Under the pieces are notes generated by a model. That model saw only the letters and a program-made list of their open reading frames with translations. It searched no databases and was not told the origin of the DNA. Below are positions 27,182 to 36,593 of a stretch of 64,000 nt of DNA, in pieces. Source of the stretch: a virus. How positions within the stretch are numbered: the first letter of the stretch is position 1; each line of letters opens with the position of its first letter. The stretch is from positions 28,701 to 92,700 of IMG/VR virus record IMGVR_UViG_3300010413_000011. The stretch is one strand, 5' to 3'. The translations under genes were made by a program, and so were the position numbers.

Positions 27182-28114
27182 ATGGGAGGTATTTTCGATG
27201 GCAAGAAGCGATGGCATGTTCCAGATACGAAACCTAAGAATCTGAAAGAGTTATTACCGAGAACATCGATCAATAAAAAAATCGGTATATTAATTCAATA
27301 CCGGAACCGATGTCATTACGTTGAGATGTGTTTAACTCGCATCTTAGCGAACACTACTTATCCTTGGAGGAACATTAGTCTTGTGTTAGTCGACGACGAC
27401 TCTGACAATTGGGTTACGGAACGAATCGCAGCCCTTGTCGAACAACACCACGAAAAACGAATAAGACTAATTAAAAATAAAAAAAGACGAGGCACGACGC
27501 CTTCGTTTATCGATTTCCTAGAGGAGTATTCTGATCATGACTTTCTAGTCAAGTTAGACAGCGACCTTCTGGTTTGCCGAGGATGGTTATCGGCCGCGGT
27601 CGATTGGCTAAACAAACATCCTGACGTATCGCTCGCCAATTTTAGGCTGACTTACTTAGCAAGGGAACCAAAACCGGACGACCCATGGATTACATACCTT
27701 GACAATTTGAACGGTGCTCTTATTTTTCGGAACTCCTTAATTCCTTTAATCGATATGACCACCGATGGGAAATGGGAGTTCTGGACGGACGCCAATTGGC
27801 AAAGAAAATTGAGTAGCGAAAATCATTTGTTGGCGATCATGCCGATCGACGTCGAGCACATAGATGGTACTCCGGTATTCGGTGCCTTTGGTTCAGTTTG
27901 GGAGAAGGGTCCTCACCCGTTGTGGTTAGGCAACCGGCAAAATAAATTGGAGGGTACCGAGCAGATTGGACCAATTTTTACGAACCAACTCGAGTCCTAT
28001 GCGGACTTCAATCCAGAGGACGCCTGGCCTCGAGCACGAGAAATTCGGCATGGTAAGCGAATGGGCGAGTATCAACTAAAAGTTAAGGCACGAGAAGGAG
28101 AACTCATTAAATGA
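27182..28114 (+). CDS. glycosyltransferase family 2 (GT-A fold)
   Basis: ILIQYRNR, LVLVDDDSD, FLVKLDSD DxD motif, VEHID. Confidence 0.82.
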   Translation: MGGIFDGKKRWHVPDTKPKNLKELLPRTSINKKIGILIQYRNRCHYVEMCLTRILANTTYPWRNISLVLVDDDSDNWVTERIAALVEQHHEKRIRLIKNKKRRGTTPSFIDFLEEYSDHDFLVKLDSDLLVCRGWLSAAVDWLNKHPDVSLANFRLTYLAREPKPDDPWITYLDNLNGALIFRNSLIPLIDMTTDGKWEFWTDANWQRKLSSENHLLAIMPIDVEHIDGTPVFGAFGSVWEKGPHPLWLGNRQNKLEGTEQIGPIFTNQLESYADFNPEDAWPRAREIRHGKRMGEYQLKVKAREGELIK

Positions 28115-28434
28115 AACAGATTAAAGAAGGTAAGGTAAAAAAAGGAGGAATCAACAATCCTCCGACAACACCTCGTCCTGCTCCGCCGAAAGGACGAGGG
28201 GGAAAGGAAAGAGGAAATGTTATGAAAACTGTTTTGGAATTGTTGATTGAGTTGTTACAAAGAATAAGTTCGGGAGAATTCAAAAACGTTCCGCGCCAAC
28301 TAAGTCAGGTTTTAGAAATCAAAAGCGGACAACCGGCCGATACAGGATGGCTTGTGGAAATAACAGACGAAGACAAGTATCGATTTGAGTATAGTAAAAT
28401 CGACGGTGAGTGGGATTGGAGACATATCAGATAA
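28111..28434 (+). CDS. hypothetical protein with Pro-rich N-terminus; second start possible at 28223
   Basis: KGGINNPPTTPRPAPPKG; coupled to both neighbours. Confidence 0.55.
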   Translation: MKQIKEGKVKKGGINNPPTTPRPAPPKGRGGKERGNVMKTVLELLIELLQRISSGEFKNVPRQLSQVLEIKSGQPADTGWLVEITDEDKYRFEYSKIDGEWDWRHIR

Positions 28435-29483
28435 TGAAAATAGCAGTATTTACAGATCTCCACGCTCATAACTATCGGTACTTTTCAGAACCGACACACG
28501 ACGGGCTCAACTCTCGACTCCTCGAGGCGATGGAAGCCGTTCTCTATATTGCCGGCATCGCCCGAGAGGAGGGTTGTAAGTATTTGATCTTCGCCGGGGA
28601 CTGGTTCGAGGAAGGAAAGAAAGTCGACGCCGACATCCTTTGGTTTAGTAGTCGACTTTTAAAAGAGGTCTCCAAGTGGTTTAGCGAGGTCATATTAATA
28701 CCTGGCAACCATGACTTTTTCCAGTTTGTCCGGGGTCGAACTCTACTCGAGAATTTTCACTCTGGCAACATACGAGTAATATCGAAACCTACAACTCTAG
28801 TTTTCTCGAGTTGTTTTATTTATTTGTTTCCATTTTCTTTAACGTTCCAAGATGATCTCGAGGAGGCGATGAGAAAGGCACCCGGTAAGGATAGAGCATG
28901 GATATCGATTGCTCACGCCGGAACTGACAATGTCTCCTTTTATTGTCAAGGGGATACGGTATTGACTAATCCGGTCTCTCATAAACTTTTTGATCGGTTC
29001 GATTTAACCCTTCTGGGTCATTATCATATTCGACAAGCAATAACCAATAGGATAAAATATATTGGCGCTTGTCGTTGTCGAAACTTTAAAGATGAAGGAG
29101 TATCACCAGGTTTTGAAATTGTCAATGTTGGTCGTGACCATCTAATGACCCAGCCTTTTGATTTAGATATGTTGCCTACGTTCAAAACTGTTAATGTAGA
29201 TTCCGATGACGACCTCCCGATCATAACTCGACAAAAAGAGTTTGTCAGGATTAAGGCTGCTACTCCTCTTTTAGAAAGGCGAGCCCGAGAGCTTCACCCT
29301 AATATTCCTATCGTCTCTGGTAGAGCGATTGAGAAAAAAGAATCGCGACCCGTTGAACAATTTTTATCTCTATCAGACGCGATGGTCCAATTTATTGATA
29401 AGGCAAAAAAGGCTGGGGCCTGCGAAGACCTAAGTACTCGTCGATTAAAATTACTTGGTCAATATTGTTTAAATAGGATCTAA
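28434..29483 (+). CDS. Mre11/SbcD-like nuclease
   Basis: FTDLH, AGDWF, PGNHD, AH, LGHYH; adjacent to Rad50-like gene. Confidence 0.88.
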   Translation: MKIAVFTDLHAHNYRYFSEPTHDGLNSRLLEAMEAVLYIAGIAREEGCKYLIFAGDWFEEGKKVDADILWFSSRLLKEVSKWFSEVILIPGNHDFFQFVRGRTLLENFHSGNIRVISKPTTLVFSSCFIYLFPFSLTFQDDLEEAMRKAPGKDRAWISIAHAGTDNVSFYCQGDTVLTNPVSHKLFDRFDLTLLGHYHIRQAITNRIKYIGACRCRNFKDEGVSPGFEIVNVGRDHLMTQPFDLDMLPTFKTVNVDSDDDLPIITRQKEFVRIKAATPLLERRARELHPNIPIVSGRAIEKKESRPVEQFLSLSDAMVQFIDKAKKAGACEDLSTRRLKLLGQYCLNRI

Positions 29484-29484
29484 A

Positions 29485-31281
29485 ATGAAAATACTCTCGG
29501 TCCATATTAGGAATTTCCTTTCCTATAAAAAATCTGACTTGAGTTTAGATGGGCGAGGGCTCTGTGTTGTCTTGGGCGAGAAGGACACGGGAGGGTCCAA
29601 TGGAGCCGGCAAGTCAGCGCTATTTGAATCTATCTATTGGTGTCTGTTTGGTCGCACTATAAGAGACCTATCACCCGACGAAATTGTTAACAACAAAGTA
29701 AAAAAGAATTGTCGAGTCTCTGTTGTCTTGGAAACCGAGTCCGGCACGAAGGCTAAAATTACTCGTTATCGAGGACACTTCGAATATAAAAATTCAGTCT
29801 CAATTAAATACGACGACCATAAAAAAATTCGATACGGAACAACCGACGGCAACCGTGCCATCAATCTTCTTGTTGGCATGAGTCCCCAGACTTTTCTTCG
29901 GTCGGTCATGTTAGGTCAGGGAGGAATTTTTTCTAAACCTTTCGCAGAGTGTACGGACAAAGAGAGAAAAGATATTCTCGAGTACTTAGTACTAGACCCG
30001 GAGAAATTAAAAGAGCTGTCGCAGATTGCCAAACAAGAAAGAAACGATCGACAAAAGGAGATCGATAAAATACAAAATGATATTGAAGTCTGTGTGATGA
30101 TGAGTGCTCATCTATCGGAACAAATTACTGAACAGAAGGATAGAATAAAAGATTGGGAAGAGAAACAAAAGAAAAAAATAAAAGAACTACAAAAGAAAGT
30201 AGACGAATTTTCAGAGGTTCGAACAGTACCAGAGATTAAAAGGGAACTCGACCGCCTCGAGGCAGACATGAGTCATGCCGACAAACAGAACTCAAGAGGG
30301 TCGGTTATTCTAGATAAGCTGAATAAAAAATTGGCAAGAGAAGAGGCACGACTAACAGGTTGGAAAAGAATCCTAACAACTAAAAAGAAACTTATTGCAG
30401 ATAAAAACTGTCCGACCTGCGGTCAATCTACAAAGGCTCTAAAGAAATCATTCGATTTAAAAATTCTCCCTGCCTTAATTAGAGCTGCACAGGGAGATGT
30501 GGAGGATCTAGAATATTTGTTTGAATATGTTCGAACTCTTAAACATGAATTTCAATCAGAAGTAGAAAATTCTCGACCTATCCATATCGATCTCGAGGCA
30601 GAGAAGGAAGTCGCTATTGATGCGGCCTATCAGCGCAACGAACTCGAGGCGGCTATAAAGGAATTGAATCCGTATACCGATGCCACCGACTCGCTTCGTA
30701 AACAACTAAAAGAAAATCGAGTCAAGAAAAAAGAGTTAAAACGATCCAAAGAGAAAAAAGAAGTCGAGTTGAGGCATTGGGAATTTTGGGTTCAGGCGTG
30801 GAGTGACCGAGGTATCAAAGCCTTGATATTGGAGTCAGTGTTACCGTTGCTCGAGGAATATACTAACTATTACGTATCTCTTTTGGCAGACGATAAACTA
30901 ACCGTAACTTTTGATGTGGATGTAAAGGACGCGAAAGAGAAATTTGTGGTTAAGGCAAAAAATGAAGACGGTGCCGATGTCTACCGTGGTAACAGTGGAG
31001 GAGAAAAACAAAGAGTGGACCTAGCGATTTACTTTGCATTAGGTTCAATTTCGGCTCTTCAACAAAAGGAACCCATGCGAACAATGTTTATTGACTGCGG
31101 TCGTTTGGGCGAACTCGACGAAGAGGGACTCGAGGAGTTAGTCAGACTCCTTGAGACCGAGGTCTCGAAGAAGTACGACACGATACTAATTGTTTCACAT
31201 ATGAGAAGAGTCGAAGATTTAATCGAAGATCAAATAACGATAAGGAAAATTAAAGGAGTATCGGAGGTGTACAATGGCTGA
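29485..31281 (+). CDS. Rad50/SbcC-like ATPase
   Basis: NFLSY, SNGAGKS, coiled coil with CPTCG hook, SGGEKQR, IVSH. Confidence 0.9.
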   Translation: MKILSVHIRNFLSYKKSDLSLDGRGLCVVLGEKDTGGSNGAGKSALFESIYWCLFGRTIRDLSPDEIVNNKVKKNCRVSVVLETESGTKAKITRYRGHFEYKNSVSIKYDDHKKIRYGTTDGNRAINLLVGMSPQTFLRSVMLGQGGIFSKPFAECTDKERKDILEYLVLDPEKLKELSQIAKQERNDRQKEIDKIQNDIEVCVMMSAHLSEQITEQKDRIKDWEEKQKKKIKELQKKVDEFSEVRTVPEIKRELDRLEADMSHADKQNSRGSVILDKLNKKLAREEARLTGWKRILTTKKKLIADKNCPTCGQSTKALKKSFDLKILPALIRAAQGDVEDLEYLFEYVRTLKHEFQSEVENSRPIHIDLEAEKEVAIDAAYQRNELEAAIKELNPYTDATDSLRKQLKENRVKKKELKRSKEKKEVELRHWEFWVQAWSDRGIKALILESVLPLLEEYTNYYVSLLADDKLTVTFDVDVKDAKEKFVVKAKNEDGADVYRGNSGGEKQRVDLAIYFALGSISALQQKEPMRTMFIDCGRLGELDEEGLEELVRLLETEVSKKYDTILIVSHMRRVEDLIEDQITIRKIKGVSEVYNG

Positions 31282-32182
31282 CGAAAAAATATATTTATAT
31301 ACTCATACCGACCTGGACGGCGCAGGTTGTGCCATTGTCGCACGAGCTGTGTTCGGAAACAGTATTCAAATTTTTTACTGCGACTACTCGACTTTCGACA
31401 AAAAAATAAAGTCCGATATCCGAGAAATGCCTCATGATTCATCGGTATATATGGCGGACATTTGTCCTAATGACGAGAAGACTCTTCGTATTATTCGAAA
31501 ATATATGAAGGCAAAGAATCTAAACGTCATTATCTACGACCATCATATTTCAAAAGAACCTTTGGCTAATAGATTTAAATTCCTCACTGTCGATACAAGT
31601 CACTGTGGAACGAAGTTGTTAGCAGATCATTTACTAGCCGGTCAACGTCTAAATCTAAATACTTTCGCTCAAATTATCGACGTTTATGACCGATGGCTTT
31701 TGAAGGATCCGTTACGACCTCACTCTGAAAAAATGAATCAACTATTCAATTTTATGGGTATGGACAGATTTGTTGAAAGAGGTCCTAGACCAGAATTAAC
31801 CGATGAAGAACAGGAGTTAGTCAAAACTCTTCAAGAGAGAAAAGATCGTTCAATCTATTTCGCGAAGAAGACCGCTGTATTACTCGAGGACTACAAGGGA
31901 AGACTTTTTATGTTTGTCCCTTCTTCTATCTACGCGGGCGATGTTGCGGACGCTTTGTTACCCAAAAAAGGAAAAACAAAGTACGCCATGTTCGTTGACT
32001 TTGGTAGATACGAAGTTAGTTTGAGATCTCGAGATCCCAATTTTGATGTCAGTAAGATCGCCGCTCGTAAAGGAGGAGGCGGACATCCAGGTGCGGCAGG
32101 GTTTCCGATAAAAGGAAACGAAAAGTTCGTTTGGAAATATTTCCGACTCTATATGGAATATCGAAGTGAGATGATGAAATGA
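31274..32182 (+). CDS. DHH/DHHA1 phosphoesterase (NrnB-like)
   Basis: THTDLDG, MADI, YDHH, SLRS, GGGGHPGAAG. Confidence 0.88.
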   Translation: MADEKIYLYTHTDLDGAGCAIVARAVFGNSIQIFYCDYSTFDKKIKSDIREMPHDSSVYMADICPNDEKTLRIIRKYMKAKNLNVIIYDHHISKEPLANRFKFLTVDTSHCGTKLLADHLLAGQRLNLNTFAQIIDVYDRWLLKDPLRPHSEKMNQLFNFMGMDRFVERGPRPELTDEEQELVKTLQERKDRSIYFAKKTAVLLEDYKGRLFMFVPSSIYAGDVADALLPKKGKTKYAMFVDFGRYEVSLRSRDPNFDVSKIAARKGGGGHPGAAGFPIKGNEKFVWKYFRLYMEYRSEMMK

Positions 32183-32916
32183 AAAGATTAAAAGTCTTAG
32201 GTGTTGACCCATCACTTAACGGAACTGCCCTTGTAGTTCTGGCGGTGGGTCCTCATCCGAAAAATTATGAGATGGTCGACGCCATTGTTTTCAGCGATAA
32301 CAAGCAAGCTCAGAAGTTAAAGTATGTCAGACCTCTTGACATTTCGACTTATGACAGCGAACAGACTCAACTCGACCGAGCGCACTTAGTCGGTTGTGCC
32401 ATCTATGATCTTTGGAATAAACATGAAACCATAAGTCATTGTGGAATAGAAGGGTACGCGTACGGCATGCGCCAAAAGAGTCGAGCTGTTTATCAACTAG
32501 GAGAAGTGATTGGTCATATAAAAAGGACTGTATATGAAATAGGGTTTCCGTTTCAGGTCCTGCCGCCGACCAAGGTTAAACAATTCGTCACAGGGAACGC
32601 GCATGCTAACAAGGCTTCCATGATGGTAAGTGTCGCGAAACATTATGGAATGGATTTCGAACCATGGTTGATTAATACAACTGTTACTCCAGGTTTCGAT
32701 TTGGCTGATGCCTATTCGGTTGCTCGAGTTATTTCGACTAAAGTTTTAATACATCGAGGAGTCTTGAGTGTAAGAGATTCAATGGATGTCTCGGCTAATG
32801 AGAAGAAGGCTTTAATGACGGCGCCTAAAGGATCGTCGTCTATATTCGATACGCCCTTCACTAGACTATCGAGAAAAAGAATCTGGATTAAAGTAAAGGA
32901 GGAAAGTAATGGCTAA
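32179..32916 (+). CDS. ruvC: RuvC-like Holliday junction resolvase
   Basis: LGVDPSLNGT, IEGYAYG, PPTKVKQFVTGNAHANK, DLADAY. Confidence 0.85.
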   Translation: MKRLKVLGVDPSLNGTALVVLAVGPHPKNYEMVDAIVFSDNKQAQKLKYVRPLDISTYDSEQTQLDRAHLVGCAIYDLWNKHETISHCGIEGYAYGMRQKSRAVYQLGEVIGHIKRTVYEIGFPFQVLPPTKVKQFVTGNAHANKASMMVSVAKHYGMDFEPWLINTTVTPGFDLADAYSVARVISTKVLIHRGVLSVRDSMDVSANEKKALMTAPKGSSSIFDTPFTRLSRKRIWIKVKEESNG

Positions 32917-33979
32917 ACACCCTCACGTTATTGTTGTTTGCGTTGACGCGCTCCGGAAAGATCACATGCCGAAGATGCCGATTCTTCGAGGAATGGCGGC
33001 ACAAGGAATTTCTTTCGAACGGCATACGGCGACCAACGACTATACTCTGCCTGCGGTAGCTACTCTATTGACCGGGTTGTTGGCTTCCGATCACGGAGTA
33101 TATCGGTTCAGTTCCGAACTAGATGACAAAATACCAACACTGTCTCCTCTCGGTGTAACAACCTTCCCAGAAGTTTTTCAATCGGTGGGTTACAATACTG
33201 CCGCGGTCGTACCCGGCGGCTGGACGAGTGCTCAGTTTGGTTTTAATCGAGGATTCAAAGATTATCTCGAGTTACCAAACCGAGTTCGCCAAGAGTCGTT
33301 AAAACTCTTAAAGGATTTGTTAAAGTCTCAACATCCGATGTTACTCTACATTCATTTGTTAGAGGTTCATGACTGGTTCAAACATACCCAAATCACAATT
33401 CAAGAGTGGAAGAAAAAAGCCTTTGAGAGAACCTTAACTCGAGAAGATCAGATCGCTGCTATGTCGGCGTACGGATCGATGTGTTCTCTGGTAGACGATT
33501 TCTTACTCGAGTTGGTCGAGTTGTTACCAGAACACAAAGAAACCTTTGTGTTGGTAACCGCCGATCACGGCGAAGGTTTTGGAGAAGGACACCCGAGTCA
33601 TTTCCACCATGACGTTATTTGTCCGAGGACCAGGCAGTTAACCCATATTCCGTTCGTCATATATTCAACCAATCCAAAAACATTTCAAGCTGAAGGCGGG
33701 TTCAAAGTCTTCTCGAGGACCTGGGATTATGATTTCGCTCCCACAATCCTTCATCTTTTAACGATGGCTATACCGTTCAGGTCTGAAGGAGTAAATTTGT
33801 TCGCGAGTCTTTCGGCTGAACTCTTTCAAAGACAAAGTAACATCTATAAACACATTCCCAGACTGGGCTTGACCGAGGATCTTGGCGATGGTTATTCTTA
33901 TGAGGAGGTCGACGACAAAGGAGTCATCGAGAAACAACTACAAGGCCTTGGTTACATAGATGAAGACAAAGAACATTAA
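32909..33979 (+). CDS. sulfatase/alkaline phosphatase superfamily protein with Thr nucleophile
   Basis: VDALRKDH, YTLPAVATLLTG, HLLEVH, TADHGEGF, HIPF, C-terminal LQGLGYI. Confidence 0.82.
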   Translation: MAKHPHVIVVCVDALRKDHMPKMPILRGMAAQGISFERHTATNDYTLPAVATLLTGLLASDHGVYRFSSELDDKIPTLSPLGVTTFPEVFQSVGYNTAAVVPGGWTSAQFGFNRGFKDYLELPNRVRQESLKLLKDLLKSQHPMLLYIHLLEVHDWFKHTQITIQEWKKKAFERTLTREDQIAAMSAYGSMCSLVDDFLLELVELLPEHKETFVLVTADHGEGFGEGHPSHFHHDVICPRTRQLTHIPFVIYSTNPKTFQAEGGFKVFSRTWDYDFAPTILHLLTMAIPFRSEGVNLFASLSAELFQRQSNIYKHIPRLGLTEDLGDGYSYEEVDDKGVIEKQLQGLGYIDEDKEH

Positions 33980-33989
33980 GGAGGAAACA

Positions 33990-34163
33990 ATGAAAAATTG
34001 GGTTTGTACCGTTATTGCTGCTATATTGCCTGAGCGAGTCGTTTATTTTGTGGCGATTCGGTTAGGCGCTTACGCTACAACAGGAAAATATTCGGATACG
34101 GTCGTTCCAGAGCTTCCCTTTATGGAAGCTATCAAACGATGGGAAAAAGACAAACTAAAATAA
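33990..34163 (+). CDS. small hypothetical protein
   Basis: AAGGAGG SD before ATG 33990. Confidence 0.6.
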   Translation: MKNWVCTVIAAILPERVVYFVAIRLGAYATTGKYSDTVVPELPFMEAIKRWEKDKLK

Positions 34164-34181
34164 AAAAGGAGGAAAAAGGAA

Positions 34182-34499
34182 ATGGAAAACTCAAACACAT
34201 GGTTGGTGGTTGCTGTCGTTGTATTGGCGGTCTACTCGTTTCTATCTACAGCAATTCTGATGTTCACCATCGGAAAGTACAACAACATCAACAGTTGGGA
34301 AGACGCCAAGGATCTCTTTGAAAAGGAAAAGGATCGAATCCTCGAGGAGGCGGAGAAGAAGGGACGTGACAAAGTCATCACTCTTCTCCAAGAGGAGTTC
34401 AAACCTCTTGGAATAAAAATCGTCGATGGCGGAGGAGGAGAGAAACCAAAAGTGGTTCACGAACCAATAAAAGTTTCGGGAGATAAGGAAGCAACATAA
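34182..34499 (+). CDS. membrane-anchored hypothetical protein
   Basis: N-terminal hydrophobic helix WLVVAVVVLAVYSFLSTAILMF. Confidence 0.65.
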   Translation: MENSNTWLVVAVVVLAVYSFLSTAILMFTIGKYNNINSWEDAKDLFEKEKDRILEEAEKKGRDKVITLLQEEFKPLGIKIVDGGGGEKPKVVHEPIKVSGDKEAT

Positions 34500-34540
34500 A
34501 AGGCTAATTGAGGCCTAAATAAAAAAGGAGGTAAAAGGAA

Positions 34541-34858
34541 ATGGCAAGTATAACAGATGTCGCTCGTGAGGCTGGCGTCAAAAGAGATGATGTAAAGAAA
34601 GTGATGAACGCTATCACCGGTATCGTTCGCAGGGGCGAACGGGTCACTTTCAAAGAGTTCGGCACCTTCTTTCCCAGGACCAGGAAGGCCAGGACTGCGC
34701 GGAACCCGAGGACGGGAGACTCCGTCAAGGTCCCGTCCAAAACCAAGATGGCATTCCGGACCAAGGTCGAGTTGAAAGACACGGCCAAGAAAAAGAAGGG
34801 AAAAAAGAAGCTCACCAAAGAGAAGGCCAAAAAGGCCGGCAAGAAAAAGAAGAAGTAA
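34541..34858 (+). CDS. hup: HU family DNA-binding protein with Lys-rich tail
   Basis: GERVTFKEFGTF...RKARTARNPRTGDSVKVP...F. Confidence 0.92.
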   Translation: MASITDVAREAGVKRDDVKKVMNAITGIVRRGERVTFKEFGTFFPRTRKARTARNPRTGDSVKVPSKTKMAFRTKVELKDTAKKKKGKKKLTKEKAKKAGKKKKK

Positions 34859-34885
34859 TAATTTACCAGGTGGGCTTATCCTAAA

Positions 34886-34922
34886 AGTGGTCGGCCACCC
34901 AGGTGGTCGGCCACTCTTTTTT
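34886..34922 (+). terminator. intrinsic terminator
   Basis: AGTGGTCGGCCACC-CA-GGTGGTCGGCCACT hairpin followed by T run. Confidence 0.75.
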
Positions 34923-34938
34923 AAGAGGAGAAATTGGA

Positions 34939-35631
34939 ATGAAGATCGATACAACAAAATTAATGAGATTGTGGTGCTCGAGTGTTGATGGCGAAATTTA
35001 TCCTCTGCCAGACGGACCGGTCACGGAAGCTGTTCCCGAAAAGTTCGAGTACTACCATAGTCGACTTCCGCTCCAAATTGAAGAGCACGTTCACCGAAGA
35101 GTTTTCCAAAAGGATGTCGACGGTTGCGACCACCCAGACGAACTCGTTCGACCGACCGACGGTTGGATTGAAGGCTGGGAAGGCAGACAGTGTATGAAGT
35201 GCTACGGTACCCAATCGAAAAAAGTCGAGGACGAATGGCCTGACTTCTGGGATGCGGACGAGATGATCAGGATCTTTGTTGGCATGGTCGGTGTCCATGA
35301 GGAACTCGCCCTTGCTCTGGCTACCAAACGTTTAACCCACAGACGAGAACCTTTTTCACTCTCTGACTCTCTTTTAATAGCCTCCATAGCGTGCGAGCGC
35401 TGTTTAAATGCGCTTATCTTTGAATATGGGTTGGAAGGCGGTTATCAAGAGTTCTCTCAGAGTTGGCACGCGGCAAACACTTCGTGTCAATTTTGTGAGC
35501 ACTACAATACGGAAGAGGAGAAGGCAAAGTTACCTCACTTTCCTGATAGTCGGAAGGCTGTGCCGGTGCCCAAATCAGACCCGATTAGTTTCAGTCCACA
35601 GGGAGCCTCGGATCCAAAGTCGAGCAGCTAA
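34939..35631 (+). CDS. hypothetical Cys-rich protein
   Basis: GAGGAG SD; CMKC, CERC, CQFC. Confidence 0.65.
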   Translation: MKIDTTKLMRLWCSSVDGEIYPLPDGPVTEAVPEKFEYYHSRLPLQIEEHVHRRVFQKDVDGCDHPDELVRPTDGWIEGWEGRQCMKCYGTQSKKVEDEWPDFWDADEMIRIFVGMVGVHEELALALATKRLTHRREPFSLSDSLLIASIACERCLNALIFEYGLEGGYQEFSQSWHAANTSCQFCEHYNTEEEKAKLPHFPDSRKAVPVPKSDPISFSPQGASDPKSSS

Positions 35632-35641
35632 AGGAGGGACC

Positions 35642-35884
35642 ATGACGAACGAAGATCTAGCACTCAAGTTATTCAGAGACTTCGATAAATTGAAGAACGA
35701 ACCATTTCTTTGTTCAGCATTCTTACGAGTAGACGACTCCGGTGTCCCTTACTTGGATGTCGAATTCCAAAAAACAGAAACAAGTAAGAAGGAAAGGATG
35801 TGTTACAGACACGAGTCGGGAGGAATCTGGTCTCGGGTTGTTAATACAGAAACAATTCATATGAAACTCTTACAACCGAGGTAG
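35642..35884 (+). CDS. hypothetical protein
   Basis: AAGGAGG SD before ATG 35642. Confidence 0.6.
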   Translation: MTNEDLALKLFRDFDKLKNEPFLCSAFLRVDDSGVPYLDVEFQKTETSKKERMCYRHESGGIWSRVVNTETIHMKLLQPR

Positions 35885-35997
35885 CACCACTATGAGACGA
35901 GTTGCGGGGCGACTTTAAACCCTCGTCTCGGGCCATATTGTGGTTTGCCGATCTACTCTGAAATCCTTCAGGGACCCTTGCCAGACAGTCGCCCCGC

Positions 35998-36027
35998 TTG
36001 ATTCAATTTTTAACCTCATGGTATAAT
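35998..36027 (+). promoter_or_regulatory. sigma70-type promoter with extended -10
   Basis: TTGATT-N18-TATAAT with TG upstream; no long ORF downstream. Confidence 0.5.
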
Positions 36028-36137
36028 TATATCAGCTTTAAGTTTTTATATTGTCTCAAAGAGAAAATGTAATTGGGATTTGGCTTACGAACAAAAGGAG
36101 GTCTAAAATGAAATAACGCGATGGGTAAATCCTCGTA

Positions 36138-36253
36138 AAGGAGTCGGGCGGACTTCTATTCAAATCTTTTCAAAAATTTCCAATCCACACCCCCGGGAAC
36201 TTTTGGAACTGTGTAATAATACTTCACTCTCTCTTTAGTCCGCCCGACTCCTT
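36138..36253. repeat. 17-bp perfect inverted repeat
   Basis: AAGGAGTCGGGCGGACT (36138-36154) and AGTCCGCCCGACTCCTT (36237-36253). Confidence 0.85.
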
Positions 36254-36592
36254 CCTTTTCTTTCTTCCTTTGTAGCCACACCCGGGATACTGGCCAGCTC
36301 GTCCATAAGGAAATCTACGACACATATCTGGTCGAGTAGAATGGATTTTACATTGAGCTTTGTTACCATTCGAGATCATGGGTGCGATGTAATGTTTACA
36401 AGTACAAAACCATCCTTTTCCGTCTGGATGCGGTTCGATGGGGATGATCATTTGGCTAAGGATTTTTCCATCTAGAACGTTTTTAAATTTGTTTTTGAAT
36501 AGATCGTTGACTGTTTCTTTTTTATCAGAGAATTTAATATGAAGATAAAACCTCGAACAACATTGACCGCACCGCTTACAGGCTCTAGGCAT
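36224..36592 (-). CDS. YkgJ-family cysteine-cluster (putative Fe-S/Zn) protein
   Basis: CKRCGQCC...CKH...CKIHSTRPDMCRRFP. Confidence 0.8.
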   Translation of the reverse strand: MPRACKRCGQCCSRFYLHIKFSDKKETVNDLFKNKFKNVLDGKILSQMIIPIEPHPDGKGWFCTCKHYIAPMISNGNKAQCKIHSTRPDMCRRFPYGRAGQYPGCGYKGRKKRKESGGLKRE

Positions 36593-36593
36593 A

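Noticed and set aside
35894-35997. Hammerhead, HDV-like ribozyme or c-di-GMP riboswitch assignment
   Set aside because: Core consensus nucleotides do not fit; kept only as an unassigned pseudoknot candidate
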